From Candidatus Bathyarchaeota archaeon (lineage in GTDB: Archaea; Thermoproteota; Bathyarchaeia; Bathyarchaeales; Bathycorpusculaceae), in the NCBI GenBank assembly GCA_963772455.1, contig CAVYXJ010000007.1, positions 224,001 to 288,000 on the forward strand: a stretch of DNA of 64,000 bases, given 5' to 3'. Shown piece after piece: positions 1 to 10,228 of the stretch. A model generated the notes under the pieces. That model was not told the origin of the DNA. It did not search any database and worked only from the letters and a program-made list of their open reading frames with translations. Each line of letters begins with the position of its first letter. The stretch's first letter is position 1. Both the position numbers and the translations under genes were made by a program.

Positions 1-463
1 TCATACCCCACTCTCGAATAGGAGCAATAATTTTCATCTCAGGCGCTAAAGAGCCTAATGTTACATCGAATCGCACTTGATCGTTGCCTCTTCCCGTACA
101 ACCATGCGCTAAACCTGTTGCGCCTTCTTTTTCAGCGATTTCAACCATTTTTTTAGCAATTAATGGTCTGGACAAACTTGTGCTAATAGGATATTTTCCT
201 TCGTAGAGCGCGTTAGCCTTTATCGCTGGGAAAATGTAGTCTTTGGCAAACTCGTCTTTGGCATCTATTGAGAAATGTTTGAAAACGCCGAGTTTCTTGG
301 CTTTCTCCTCAGCGGCTTTGATATCTTCTTGTTGGCCAACATCTACTGTTACTGTGATTACTTGTGCATTATACTTTTCTTGGAGATATTTTATTAACAC
401 GGATGTGTCTAATCCGCCTGAGTAAGCTAAGACAAATTTATCGGTTATGTGTTGCTCCCTCAT
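1..463 (-). CDS. argG: Argininosuccinate synthase, 5' part (runs off the window edge)
   Basis: Manual minus-strand translation from ATG at 463: [21 protein letters not shown]...[13 protein letters not shown]...[14 protein letters not shown]; both ArgG signature motifs present. Confidence 0.95.
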   Translation of the reverse strand, partial: MREQHITDKFVLAYSGGLDTSVLIKYLQEKYNAQVITVTVDVGQQEDIKAAEEKAKKLGVFKHFSIDAKDEFAKDYIFPAIKANALYEGKYPISTSLSRPLIAKKMVEIAEKEGATGLAHGCTGRGNDQVRFDVTLGSLAPEMKIIAPIREWGM

Positions 464-573
464 TTTTATTCTAAATTTATTCCAACAACCTTGAGGGCTG
501 TATTTTTAAACCTTGTGACTTTTTTGTCACTTAACAAGCTTTAAATGTCCCATTTGATACATTCACACAAGCC

Positions 574-1152
574 ATGACAGTAGCTCAAAATGTAAGAAAT
601 CACTTGCGAAACAAACCATATCTACTCGAAGCTTTAGAAAAAGGTATAGTCAATCTAAGCGAGCTCTCACGACAAATCCAGAAAGAACTAAAAACCAATG
701 ATACAAGCGCCATAAAAGCCGCCCTACGTCGCTATTCTGAGGAGTTGCAAAAACACAAACAAAAAAGAGAAGAAAAAGTTCTCCAACTTCTAAAACGCAG
801 CAATATTGCTGTTTATGACCGAAAATCTGTAATGATAACTGCTAAAGAATTGCCTACACAAACAGGTATGAAAGTAGATTTAATGGGTAAATTCGTTTAC
901 TTACTTGATCGAAGCGATTTACCTGAACGCATAAGCACCTTAGTTAAACATGATAATTGTACGATGATTGTTGTGCATTCTCCGGAAGAACTGGAAGCTA
1001 CACCAGGAGTTGTCGCGTTTCTTGCGACCCTTCTTGCTGAACAGAATGTGAACATTATCGAGTTCATTTCATGCTGGACAGAAACAATCATGGTGGTTGA
1101 AAAGAAGGACAGCCTCAAGACCTACGAGGTTTTATCTAATTTAGTGGGTTAA
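574..1152 (+). CDS. ACT-domain protein, putative amino-acid-responsive regulator
   Basis: N-terminal helical region (VNLSELSRQI...AALRRY) and C-terminal ACT-like segment (TPGVVAFLATLLAEQNVNIIEFISCWTE); sits upstream of thrC; TTTAAA about 30 nt before the ATG. Confidence 0.75.
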   Translation: MTVAQNVRNHLRNKPYLLEALEKGIVNLSELSRQIQKELKTNDTSAIKAALRRYSEELQKHKQKREEKVLQLLKRSNIAVYDRKSVMITAKELPTQTGMKVDLMGKFVYLLDRSDLPERISTLVKHDNCTMIVVHSPEELEATPGVVAFLATLLAEQNVNIIEFISCWTETIMVVEKKDSLKTYEVLSNLVG

Positions 1153-1235
1153 TATTTAGCAAGATAGGGCAAAATTAATAATGTTACAATCAAAATAGGA
1201 GCGCATTATTCGCTTGTCAAATGGAGTGTAAATAG

Positions 1236-2468
1236 ATGACGCATCAAGAATGCATAAACTGCAAAACAACTTACGATATAGATGAGATTGTTTACTTCTG
1301 CAAAAAATGTGGAGACATCTTAGAAATAAAGTTTGATTTCAAAGAGTTAGCTGATACACTCAAAGAAAGCAGTTGGTTGAGCAAACCACTCTCTGTTTGG
1401 CGTTACCGAGACTTCATGCCTATCCACGAATCAACAAAAATAGTAACCTTAGACGAAGGAGGCACTGGTTTGCACCACTCGGAACGTTTAGGCACCGAGT
1501 TAGGACTAAAAAACCTCTTCGTCAAAAATGAAGGTGAAAATCCCACAGGCAGCTTCAAAGACCGCGGCATGACCGTAGGTGTTACCAAAGCAGTTGAATT
1601 AGGCGCAAGACATGTCATCTGTGCTTCAACAGGAAATACCAGCGCCAGTTTAGCCGCATACGCTGCAAGAGCAGGAATAAAATGCACGGTCCTAATTCCA
1701 TCAGGCAAAATTGCTTACGGCAAACTATCACAAGCCATGATTCACGGCGCCAAAGTCCTCCAAGTTAAAGGTAACTTTGATGAAGCTTTAGAATTCGTAC
1801 TCAAGCTCGCAGAGAAACACAAGAACATTTACCTTTTAAATTCTATTAACCCGTTCCGTATTGAAGGGCAAAAATCATTAGGATACGAAATCTGTGAACA
1901 ACTCAACAACAATGCTCCAGACCGAATTATTGTTCCAGTTGGAAACGCTGGAAACATAAGTGCAATATGGAAAGGTTTGTCCGAATTTTACCAGCTTGGT
2001 TACATAAAGAAACTTCCAAAAATGACCGGGATACAAGCCTCTGGCTCTGCACCAATCGCTCAAGCCATAAAAGCCAACAGCGATAAAATTGTTCCAGTTG
2101 CAAACCCTGAAACTGTAGCCACAGCCATTCGTATCGGTGCACCGGTAAGCTGGAAAAAAGCCATGAACGCTATCCGTGAATCAAAAGGAACTGCAGAAAC
2201 TGTAACTGATGAAGAAATCTTAGATGCCCAAAAAATATTGGCGCGGATTGAAGGAATTTTCGTAGAACCAGCAAGTGCCTCATCGATTGCGGGACTTACG
2301 AAGCTCGTTAACAGTGGCGTAATTGACAAAGATGAGCGCGTTGTATGTGTTACAACTGGACATGGACTCAAAGACCCAGATACAGCAGTTAAAATGAGTG
2401 AGAAACCAATTGAAGTTGATGCAGACATCTCAGCCATTGAAAATGCGTTGGGATTAAAAAACAAGTAA
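1236..2468 (+). CDS. thrC: Threonine synthase
   Basis: N-terminal CxxC/CxxC, NPTGSFKDRG (PLP lysine), ASTGNT, PVGNAGN, EPASA, TGHGLKD. Confidence 0.95.
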   Translation: MTHQECINCKTTYDIDEIVYFCKKCGDILEIKFDFKELADTLKESSWLSKPLSVWRYRDFMPIHESTKIVTLDEGGTGLHHSERLGTELGLKNLFVKNEGENPTGSFKDRGMTVGVTKAVELGARHVICASTGNTSASLAAYAARAGIKCTVLIPSGKIAYGKLSQAMIHGAKVLQVKGNFDEALEFVLKLAEKHKNIYLLNSINPFRIEGQKSLGYEICEQLNNNAPDRIIVPVGNAGNISAIWKGLSEFYQLGYIKKLPKMTGIQASGSAPIAQAIKANSDKIVPVANPETVATAIRIGAPVSWKKAMNAIRESKGTAETVTDEEILDAQKILARIEGIFVEPASASSIAGLTKLVNSGVIDKDERVVCVTTGHGLKDPDTAVKMSEKPIEVDADISAIENALGLKNK

Positions 2469-2490
2469 TTCTTGCACGGTGAATTAGATA

Positions 2491-3524
2491 ATGAGGATTA
2501 TTTTAGTTGGTTATGGTAGTAGTTGGAAAAGGCGTAACAACTATTCTTGCTCGCAGATACTCAGAAAATCTTAAAGATACTGGATTTAATCCGAAAATCG
2601 TTGCAATCGCTGATATCGATGGTGCAGTAATAAACCCAAGAGGCTTAAGTCCAGAAAAACTTGGAGACAATAAAGCAACGTGGTTATCCGATATCTAAAG
2701 ATCCTGACTTTGGTCGTCCCGGAATTTCAGCTTTGGATGTAATCGAGTCGGTTGAGGCAGAAGTGGTTGTTGAAGTAACTCCTGTTAACATCAAAACTGG
2801 TGAACCGGCATTATCACACATTACGAAAGCGTTCAAAACAGGCAAACATGTTGTTACAACCAACAAAGGACCCTTAGCTTTGGCAATGCCAGCGCTAACA
2901 GAACTCGCAGAATACAACAACGTTTACTTTAGGTTCAGCGGCACAGTCGGTGGGGGAACACCCATGCTAGAGTTCGCTAAACGATGCCTTGCAGGAGACA
3001 GAATCTTAGCAATACGCGGCATATTGAATGGCACAACAAACTATATTCTAACTGAAATGTCTCAAAACCACGTAACCTTCCAAGACGCACTTTCAAATGC
3101 CCAGAAACTTGGTTACGCAGAAAGAGAGCCATCGATGGATATTGATGGTTTTGATACTGCCTGTAAAGTAGTAATTTTATCGAATTGGATAATGAACAAG
3201 AAAATAACACTTAAAAGACGTGGATAGAACAGGGATCCGTGACGTAACTTTGCAAGCACTTGAAGAAGCCGCAAAAAGAAATAGTACAATTAAACTTATA
3301 GGTTCAATCGAAGCCAAGCAAAATAACTGTTAAACCTACAGAAATACTGTTGACCAACCCTCTTATGCGTCAGTGGAGTTTTAAACGCCATAACTTTTTC
3401 AACTGAATATGCAGCAGAACAAACGCTTATCGGCAGAGGTGCAGGCGGAATCGAAACTGCCAGTGCAGTTTTAAGGGACCTTTTAGATATAAGACGTAAG
3501 TTAGCAACCAAATTACTAAACTGA
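2491..3524 (+). CDS. hom: Homoserine dehydrogenase, split by several single-base indels (probably sequencing errors)
   Basis: ATG at 2491 MRIILVGYG; fragments contain HVVTTNKGP, TVGGGTP, GILNGTTNYIL, GYAEREPSMDIDGFD and GRGAGGIETASAVL; located between thrC and aspartate kinase. Confidence 0.9.
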
Positions 3525-3542
3525 CCAAAAGGATTGAGTAAA

Positions 3543-4952
3543 ATGAAGATTGTGATGAAGTTCGGTGGAACAAGTGTAGGCACAGGCAAAAACATACGCC
3601 ACGTAGCTGATTCAGTAATTCAATATGCTAAGAAAGATTACAAAGTAGCTGTTGTTGTTTCAGCATTAGCAGGCGTTACTAATAGTTTGCTTGAAGTTGC
3701 TTGCCAAGCTAAGAAAAGTGATGAAAAACAGATCGATTCTTTTACAAAAGAACTGCTAAAGAAGCATGTAGAAGCAATCTCAGCTGCTATTTCAAACAAA
3801 GAAATCCAAAAAGAAGTTATTCAAATCACAGAAAAAACGATCTCTGAATTGGAAAAAGTTTTAACAGGCATATGCTATGTTGGTGAACTAACACCAAAAT
3901 CTAAAGACTACGTTGCCTCTTTTGGAGAACGGTTATCTGCACCAATTGTATCAGGTGCGATAAGAGACCACAAATTTGAGTCTCAATGCTTCACAGGCAA
4001 AGAAGCAGGGATAGTCACGGATTCTAATTTTGGCGAAGCTAACCCACTTATGAATTACACCACTCACCTTATACGTGAAAGAATAGGGCCTATGTTTGAA
4101 AAAGGTACAATTCCAGTGGTTACAGGGTTTATTGCTGCCAATCAAGATGGCATAATGACAACAGTCGGTAGAGGTGGCTCAGACTACACTGCAACAATAC
4201 TTGGCGTAGCACTTCAGGTAGACGAGGTTTGGATCTGGACCGATGTTGATGGAATAATGACTACTGACCCCAAAATCGTTCCATCGGCAAGGATGCTACC
4301 ACAGCTGAGTTATCAGGAAGCAGCTGAAATGGCGATTTTCGGCGCCAAAGCCATGCACCCACGAGCATTGGGGCCTGTCATCAAAGAAAATATTCCAGTC
4401 CGGATTCGAAACACGGCACACCCCGAAAATATGGGGACACTTATAACTAAAGAATCAGCCACAAACGAAACCAAACCCGTGAAAGCTGTAGCCATGATCA
4501 AAGACGTTGCCATGCTCAACGTAAACGGAGCGGCAATGGTAGGTGCACCAGGCAGCTACGCCAAAGTCTTCGACGTACTAGGCAAAAACGGCATCAACGT
4601 AATGATGATATCTACTGCCGTTTCCGAAGCTAACATCTCAATTATTATCAAAAGGGCACTTCTAGGCCGAGCTATAAGCAACCTGGAAATCGCACTTCTA
4701 GAGCGGGGAGGAGTAGTGAGTGAAGTTACCGCAGAAGACGATGTCGCAGTCATCGCGGTCATGGGCGCAAACATGAAGGGCACATTGGGTGTTGCATCAC
4801 ACATTTTCAATATAGTAGCCAAAGCAGGCATAAACATCCGCATGATCGCACAAGGCAGCTCCGAACTCAACATTTCCTTTGTTGTAAAAGAGAAAGACGG
4901 GGTCGACGTAGTCCGAGCAATTCACAACGAATTCAACCTTGATAAAGCTTAA
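3543..4952 (+). CDS. lysC: Aspartate kinase
   Basis: MKFGGTSV, GRGGSDYTA, WTDVDG, two C-terminal ACT domains (QGSSELNISF). Confidence 0.95.
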   Translation: MKIVMKFGGTSVGTGKNIRHVADSVIQYAKKDYKVAVVVSALAGVTNSLLEVACQAKKSDEKQIDSFTKELLKKHVEAISAAISNKEIQKEVIQITEKTISELEKVLTGICYVGELTPKSKDYVASFGERLSAPIVSGAIRDHKFESQCFTGKEAGIVTDSNFGEANPLMNYTTHLIRERIGPMFEKGTIPVVTGFIAANQDGIMTTVGRGGSDYTATILGVALQVDEVWIWTDVDGIMTTDPKIVPSARMLPQLSYQEAAEMAIFGAKAMHPRALGPVIKENIPVRIRNTAHPENMGTLITKESATNETKPVKAVAMIKDVAMLNVNGAAMVGAPGSYAKVFDVLGKNGINVMMISTAVSEANISIIIKRALLGRAISNLEIALLERGGVVSEVTAEDDVAVIAVMGANMKGTLGVASHIFNIVAKAGINIRMIAQGSSELNISFVVKEKDGVDVVRAIHNEFNLDKA

Positions 4953-4985
4953 TTCCATTTTCCCACCATTTTTCGATTTGGGATT

Positions 4986-5556
4986 ATGATTAAACTTGAA
5001 CTCGATTTGGAAACTATACATAAGCTAAAGGAGTTAATTGGAAAAAACCAATATGATTTCTTAGGTTTCACCCTTGACTTAGACAAGAGTACAATAACTG
5101 ATAACTTCGGAAGAAACCTAAACGAATGGGTCTTCCAGATTCTAACAACACTTCTCCGCCATTACTCAAGGGCTAACCCAATAATTCCAACAGGAACGCT
5201 AGTCAAGTACAAGCATATCCCTGGCGGTTATGCATATGAAGAGGCTTTTACAAAACGCGCCATTGAACCCATCGCCGAGTTTTTCGGAGAAAAACTAAAG
5301 GAAAGTCTAAAAGCCGCAACTCTACTTGGTGGAAACAGCTTAGCATTCGGAGATGTCTCTTTTGAAATTCAAGCGCTAAAGGGCATTCCTTTAACATACA
5401 TTCTATGGGGTAAAGAAGAGTTTCCGGCATCTGCAAACATTTTTTATGATGCTTCAGCAAGCAATTATTTACCAACGGAAGATCTAGCGAGTACTTGGTG
5501 AATTATGTAGTCTGCGTCTAATAGAAGCAACCGAACAGTTTTCTAGTACTTGCTAA
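4986..5556 (+). CDS. DUF3786-family protein (frameshift near 5490)
   Basis: IPGGYAYEEAF, LWGKEEFPASANIFYD, YLPTEDL; the shifted frame continues VLGELCSLRL to TAA at 5556. Confidence 0.75.
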
Positions 5557-5756
5557 ATAAAATCTCGTTCAAGAAATAGTGGGATAATCTATTCCCAAAT
5601 AGTAGACATAATAAATAACTCGTTGATTGAAAATGAGTACAAATACGATTCTTCATCAACCCCTTCGATGAGAATGGCAATTTTGAAAAAAATTTTTAGA
5701 ATTTATTTTTATATAATGTCAACGAATATTTTGGAAATAATAAATGATTTGAATAG

Positions 5757-8408
5757 CTAAGGCGGTAGTGTCAGTGACATAAAAGTTGAGTATTCATCTT
5801 TGAATTTTTCCTTAAACCCTTTGTTTTCACAGAGGTTGAGCATCTTTGTATTTTCTGGGCTTACTTCGCTGTAGATTATTTCGAGTTTTAAGTCTTTACC
5901 TATGTCTATGATATAGTCCATAAGCTTTGAGCCTAGACCTAGTCCATGCCAAGAATCACCAACTGTTATTGCGAATTCTCCCTTCTTTGCTTCAGAATCT
6001 AGAATTAATCTAACAACTCCAATAAGGCTGGCATCATTAAGTTGGGCAACTATGGCGATTTCTCGATCATAGTCAAGGTTACAGTATCTTGACAATGTGT
6101 CATGAGACATCTCCTTTATAGTTTCAAAAAACCTGAATCGCACACTCTGAATAGAAAGTGATTTGAAGAGTGCATTGAAACGGTTTTCATCTTCAGGCTT
6201 GATTGGTCGAAGTGTTACTCTTACTCCATTTTTTAAGGTATGCTGTGTAATGTATTTTTTCGGATAGGGAGCGATAACAAGGTTTTCTGGGTGTTCATAG
6301 CCTTGACTGCAAAAACCATGTGGAGTCTATCGATATTTCAGCATCAACCGCAATGACCTTGTTATCATTAACAATAATGGGGTTTATGTCAATTTTTCTT
6401 ATTTCTGGAAAATCAACCACAAGTTGAGAAAACCGAATAATCATTTCTTCTATTAGTCCAGTTTCAAACTTTGTGCATGCGTCTTTGCAGTATTGTAATG
6501 CTTTGGTGTTTTCCATAATTTGCCGGGCAAGAACCTGATTTAGGGGTGGGAAACCTACACTTAGTTCCCTATCTTTTTCAATCAAAGTGCCTCCTGTGCC
6601 CAAACATATTATTGAGCCAAACTTGGAGTCTTTTCTTGATCCCAAAAACAAGCGACATGGAGAATTAAGGACTCTAGTCTGAATTGCAACTCCTTGGAAA
6701 TCTCGTGCCGAAATCTTTATGCGCATTTAGAACTTGACCAAAGTGAAAACGAAGTTGCTCGGGAGAAAAAACATCAAAGGTTGAGCCGTGGAGTTCGTTT
6801 TTTTGACTTTGATGGAGACTTAGATTTTTTATTATTACAGGGTATCCGAGTTTAGAGGCAATAGCTATGGATTCTTCAACGGTTTTACAGACAAAAGTTT
6901 TAACGGTGGGGATTTTATATGCTTCCAGAATTTGGAATGATTCTAGTAGATTTAGTTTTTCTCTGCCTTCGCTAAAAGCTTGGCGGAAAATACATTTGAG
7001 ATGTGTAGGGGCATCTTGGTCTACGAGGATTTCTTCAGGTGTTTGATAAAGCAACTCTAGGTTTTGTGTGCGAGCGTAGATATTCATGAATGTCCTCACG
7101 GCTTCCTGAGGGTTTTTGAACGCTGGAACGTCGTTTTTATGCAGGGTTCTTCTTGCTTCTTGGCATTGAGGATCTTCCCCCATCAGGCAAACAAGAATAT
7201 TTTTTCTTGTTTGTTTTGCTGAGTCAACGATTAAATCTGCTAAACTATTAGGGTTTGCTAATCCTGTAGGTGCATAAATCACAAGTAGACTGCTGTTTGC
7301 TTTGTCACCGATGCAGGTTTGAATCACTTTTTGGTATCTTTCGGGTGTTGCCTCTTCCAGAAGATCGATTGGATTGGTTAAGCTACAATAGTATGGCAAT
7401 ACGTTTCTTAATGCTTGAATTGTTTCGTCGCTTATTTCTGCTAGTTTACCTCCTCGCCTGTTAATCTGGTCCAAAGCCATCAAAGCTGGACCGGTTGCAT
7501 TTGTGATTATTGTTAGTTCTGGATTAGTTGGGCTTGGCTGCATCGACAAGGTTTTAGCACAATCAAAAAGTCCGTTAATGGTCTCAACTCTTACAACCCC
7601 GCTTCTTCTAAATGCTGCATCATGAATTTTTTCTTTTATTAAAATTGTGTCTGAGTCTGCAATACTTAGGTTCTCGTCATTCTGTTAGGTTTAACTATGA
7701 TGATGGGTTTGTTCTTAGCATAGCCTCTTGCGGCACTTATGAAATGTTCTTGCGTTTTTTATAGACTCAACATACACCATAATAATTCGGGTTAGGGGGT
7801 CATTACCGAAATACTCAATCAATTCGCCAAGGTCGACATCGATAGTTTGACCCATAGAGACAACAGCGCTTATTCCAACTTGAGTTTCTAAAGACCAATC
7901 CAACGCAGACCCACAAAATGCTCCACTTTGAGATATGAAAGCTATCTTGCCTGGAACCGCTTTCTTTTCTGCGAAGGTTGCATATAGGTTTGAGTTTGGT
8001 CTTATTATGCCAAAACTGTTTGGTCCTATTATCCTCATTCCGTAGGTTTTTTTGTACTCAAGAATCCTCCGTGAAAGCTCCAAACCCTGTTGTGTCGCAT
8101 TCGCTAAAACCGGCTGAAACAATTACTGCATTTAACACACCTGCTATTCCACATTCTTCTACAATCTGGGGGACTGTGTGGGCTGGAGTTGCTATAATGG
8201 CAAGATCTACTTTGGTTGGCACACGATCTATGTTTGGATATGCAGTAAGTCCCTGAACGGTTTGTCTAAAAGCGTTGACGGCAAAAATCTTTCCTTGATA
8301 AGCTCCGATTAAATTTCGTAGAATTCTGTTTCCTATGGAGTCAACTCTTTCGCTGGCTCCTATAACAGCTATTGCTTGTGGGCTGAAAAATCCTTTAAGA
8401 TTTCCCAT
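5757..8408 (-). CDS. NDP-forming acyl-CoA synthetase-like / GNAT fusion (Pat/PatZ-type protein acetyltransferase), fragmented by frameshifts
   Basis: Consecutive minus-strand fragments: CoA-binding (IAVIGAS, VDLAIIATP), RIIGPNSFG, FISQSG, NPIDLL, degenerate ATP-grasp (DINPIIV), and a GNAT C-terminus (LRPIKPEDE, GEFAITVGDSWHGLGLGSKLM). Confidence 0.85.
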
Positions 8409-8488
8409 AAATATTAATCCCTACCTGTTAGATGAAAATATTTTGGAAATAATTAGGTCAAAGGTTTCTCAGTTGCTCTTCATTCATC

Positions 8489-9091
8489 TTAAATTGTTCT
8501 TTTTGCGCCGCAATTTGGGCAAACAGTTAGTGTTTGATCCATTAAGCCTTGACAGTATCTGCACGGAATCATAACAACGGTGCGGATGACTTCTCTTTGC
8601 GCCGTAACCGCCTGAGCTTGAACAGTTGGAGCTATAACTTGGATCTCACATGTTTCTGTTGTCTTGTCAGGTCGACCGTCTACTGCAATTACACCTTTTA
8701 TTGTCCATGTGACTCTTCGATCTGCACCTGCATAAGATGGTCTTGAGCCTGCTGGAATGTTAACGTTGATTGGAGTGCTTCGGTTTTCGCCATTTGCAAA
8801 GTGTGTTGGTCCACAAAGCTGAGGTTTAGCACAGTAAATAATAACTGATTCATCAACCATTCGTGGAATTGATCTTTTCAGTGCGGCATCATAGACTTCC
8901 CGAATTACCTTAGCTTGTTCAATGCAAGCTATTTCACAGCGCACCTCTGTTGATTCAAAGTCCTCTTTTGAAATTACGTTAAGGTTTCCTTGTATGTTTT
9001 CTCCTAATGAAACTGAGTAATTTGAAAGTCGTAGTTGAACAGAAGCTTCTGGTGCAGTCAATTTGTTTGTGAATTTTTTGAGGAACCCCAC
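8489..9091 (-). CDS. Arrestin/Spo0M-like beta-sandwich protein with C-terminal zinc ribbon
   Basis: Alternating beta-strand pattern (GENIQGNLNV, VTWTIKGVIAVDGRPD) and terminal CRYC...CPNCGA. Confidence 0.55.
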   Translation of the reverse strand: MGFLKKFTNKLTAPEASVQLRLSNYSVSLGENIQGNLNVISKEDFESTEVRCEIACIEQAKVIREVYDAALKRSIPRMVDESVIIYCAKPQLCGPTHFANGENRSTPINVNIPAGSRPSYAGADRRVTWTIKGVIAVDGRPDKTTETCEIQVIAPTVQAQAVTAQREVIRTVVMIPCRYCQGLMDQTLTVCPNCGAKRTI

Positions 9092-9254
9092 AGTAGTTAC
9101 ACCACTTATGTAATGAAACGTTTAATCGGTTATGCTTTTAAGATTTGTGACCAAATTCTTATTCTCGTAGTGTCATTATGAAGAAAAAACGTGAAATTTA
9201 CTAAAATATATTGGGATTGATTGTTAAAGAAAAAAAAGCTATTTTTTGTATAAT

Positions 9255-9635
9255 TTATTTTTCGCTTTGTTTTGTAATTAACCTTTCACGAACCGCGGCA
9301 ATGAGCTCTTCAGCTTTCACTGGCTTAACCAGAAAATCGTCCGCTCCATAATCGGCAGCTTTTCGTCCTAACTCATCACTAGAGAAACCTGTAATAATAA
9401 TTTTCACTGTCTCAGGGTTCTTCGTCAACTTGAGAAGCTCAGTTCCATCCATATCAGGTAGCTTCACATCAAATAAGTAAACGTTAAATTTTTTCTTTTT
9501 AATTCTTTCAAGTGCATCCTTACCGTTTTCAACAGCTTCAACCAAGTAGCCTTCTTTTTCAAGGATATTTTTGAAAACCTTCAAAATGCTTACATCGTCA
9601 TCTACAACAAGAATTTTCTTCTTTTCTTCGTTCAT
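9255..9635 (-). CDS. Single-domain response regulator receiver
   Basis: ILVVDDD, phosphoacceptor in FDVKLPDMDG, ITG, FLVKP. Confidence 0.92.
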   Translation of the reverse strand: MNEEKKKILVVDDDVSILKVFKNILEKEGYLVEAVENGKDALERIKKKKFNVYLFDVKLPDMDGTELLKLTKNPETVKIIITGFSSDELGRKAADYGADDFLVKPVKAEELIAAVRERLITKQSEK

Positions 9636-10040
9636 TTTACTTCTCCTATCAAATTTTAAGACTTAAATGAAAACCCAATATTTCGGGGTTTTGAATTTCG
9701 AGAAATCTCCTAAATGAAACCTTACATGGATTAGCATTTGCTTTAGAAATTCATCTTTGTGCACATATTTATCATTGAAGATGCTACTGCACAATTTTTT
9801 CATCAAAAACCTACTTAAGTGTTCTCAAATTACTGTTTAAAGGTATGTGGCTGGCTTAACCCCACAACAATTTGTAAAAAACTTGTCAGATTTGATTAGC
9901 AATGTTTCTATACATAGAACTTCAGTTTTTCTAGAGGAAATAGGCGTAAGGTTCGAGTATTCAAGCAATGTTCCCCAAATCTGAGGCTGTAACAAAGGGT
10001 TTATTTAGTTACATTTAGGTTAAATTTGCAGGTGAAAAAA

Positions 10041-10127
10041 ATGGCAAAAACTATTTTTGGTTTCGAAGAAGAAGAGGAAGAAGATTGCGAAGATTGCGAT
10101 TGTGAAGACTGCGAAGACGAAGAATAA
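10041..10127 (+). CDS. 28-aa acidic Cys-rich micro-protein MAKTIFGFEEEEEEDCEDCDCEDCEDEE
   Basis: Read manually (below the ORF-track cutoff); GGTGA Shine-Dalgarno at 10031-10035, TAA stop, T-tract from 10141. Confidence 0.6.
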   Translation: MAKTIFGFEEEEEEDCEDCDCEDCEDEE

Positions 10128-10140
10128 ACGTCCAAAAAAC

Positions 10141-10153
10141 TTTTCTTTTTTTT
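10141..10153 (+). terminator. Putative archaeal oligo-T terminator
   Basis: ttttctttttttt just after the micro-ORF stop. Confidence 0.4.
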
Positions 10154-10228
10154 GAACTATTATAATTTTTAAATACTGGCTTCAGTAAATATTACTAGAA
10201 ATAAGCATTAATTTTTGAGGCTGCAAAC

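Noticed and set aside
2491-3524. Programmed frameshifting or true pseudogenisation of hom
   Set aside because: Multiple scattered 1-nt indels without a consistent slippery site, in an otherwise intact pathway, fit sequencing error better
9663-9803. 46-aa minus-strand ORF (MKKLCSSIFNDK...) upstream of the receiver gene
   Set aside because: No recognisable motif or clear translation signal; may be chance in AT-rich DNA
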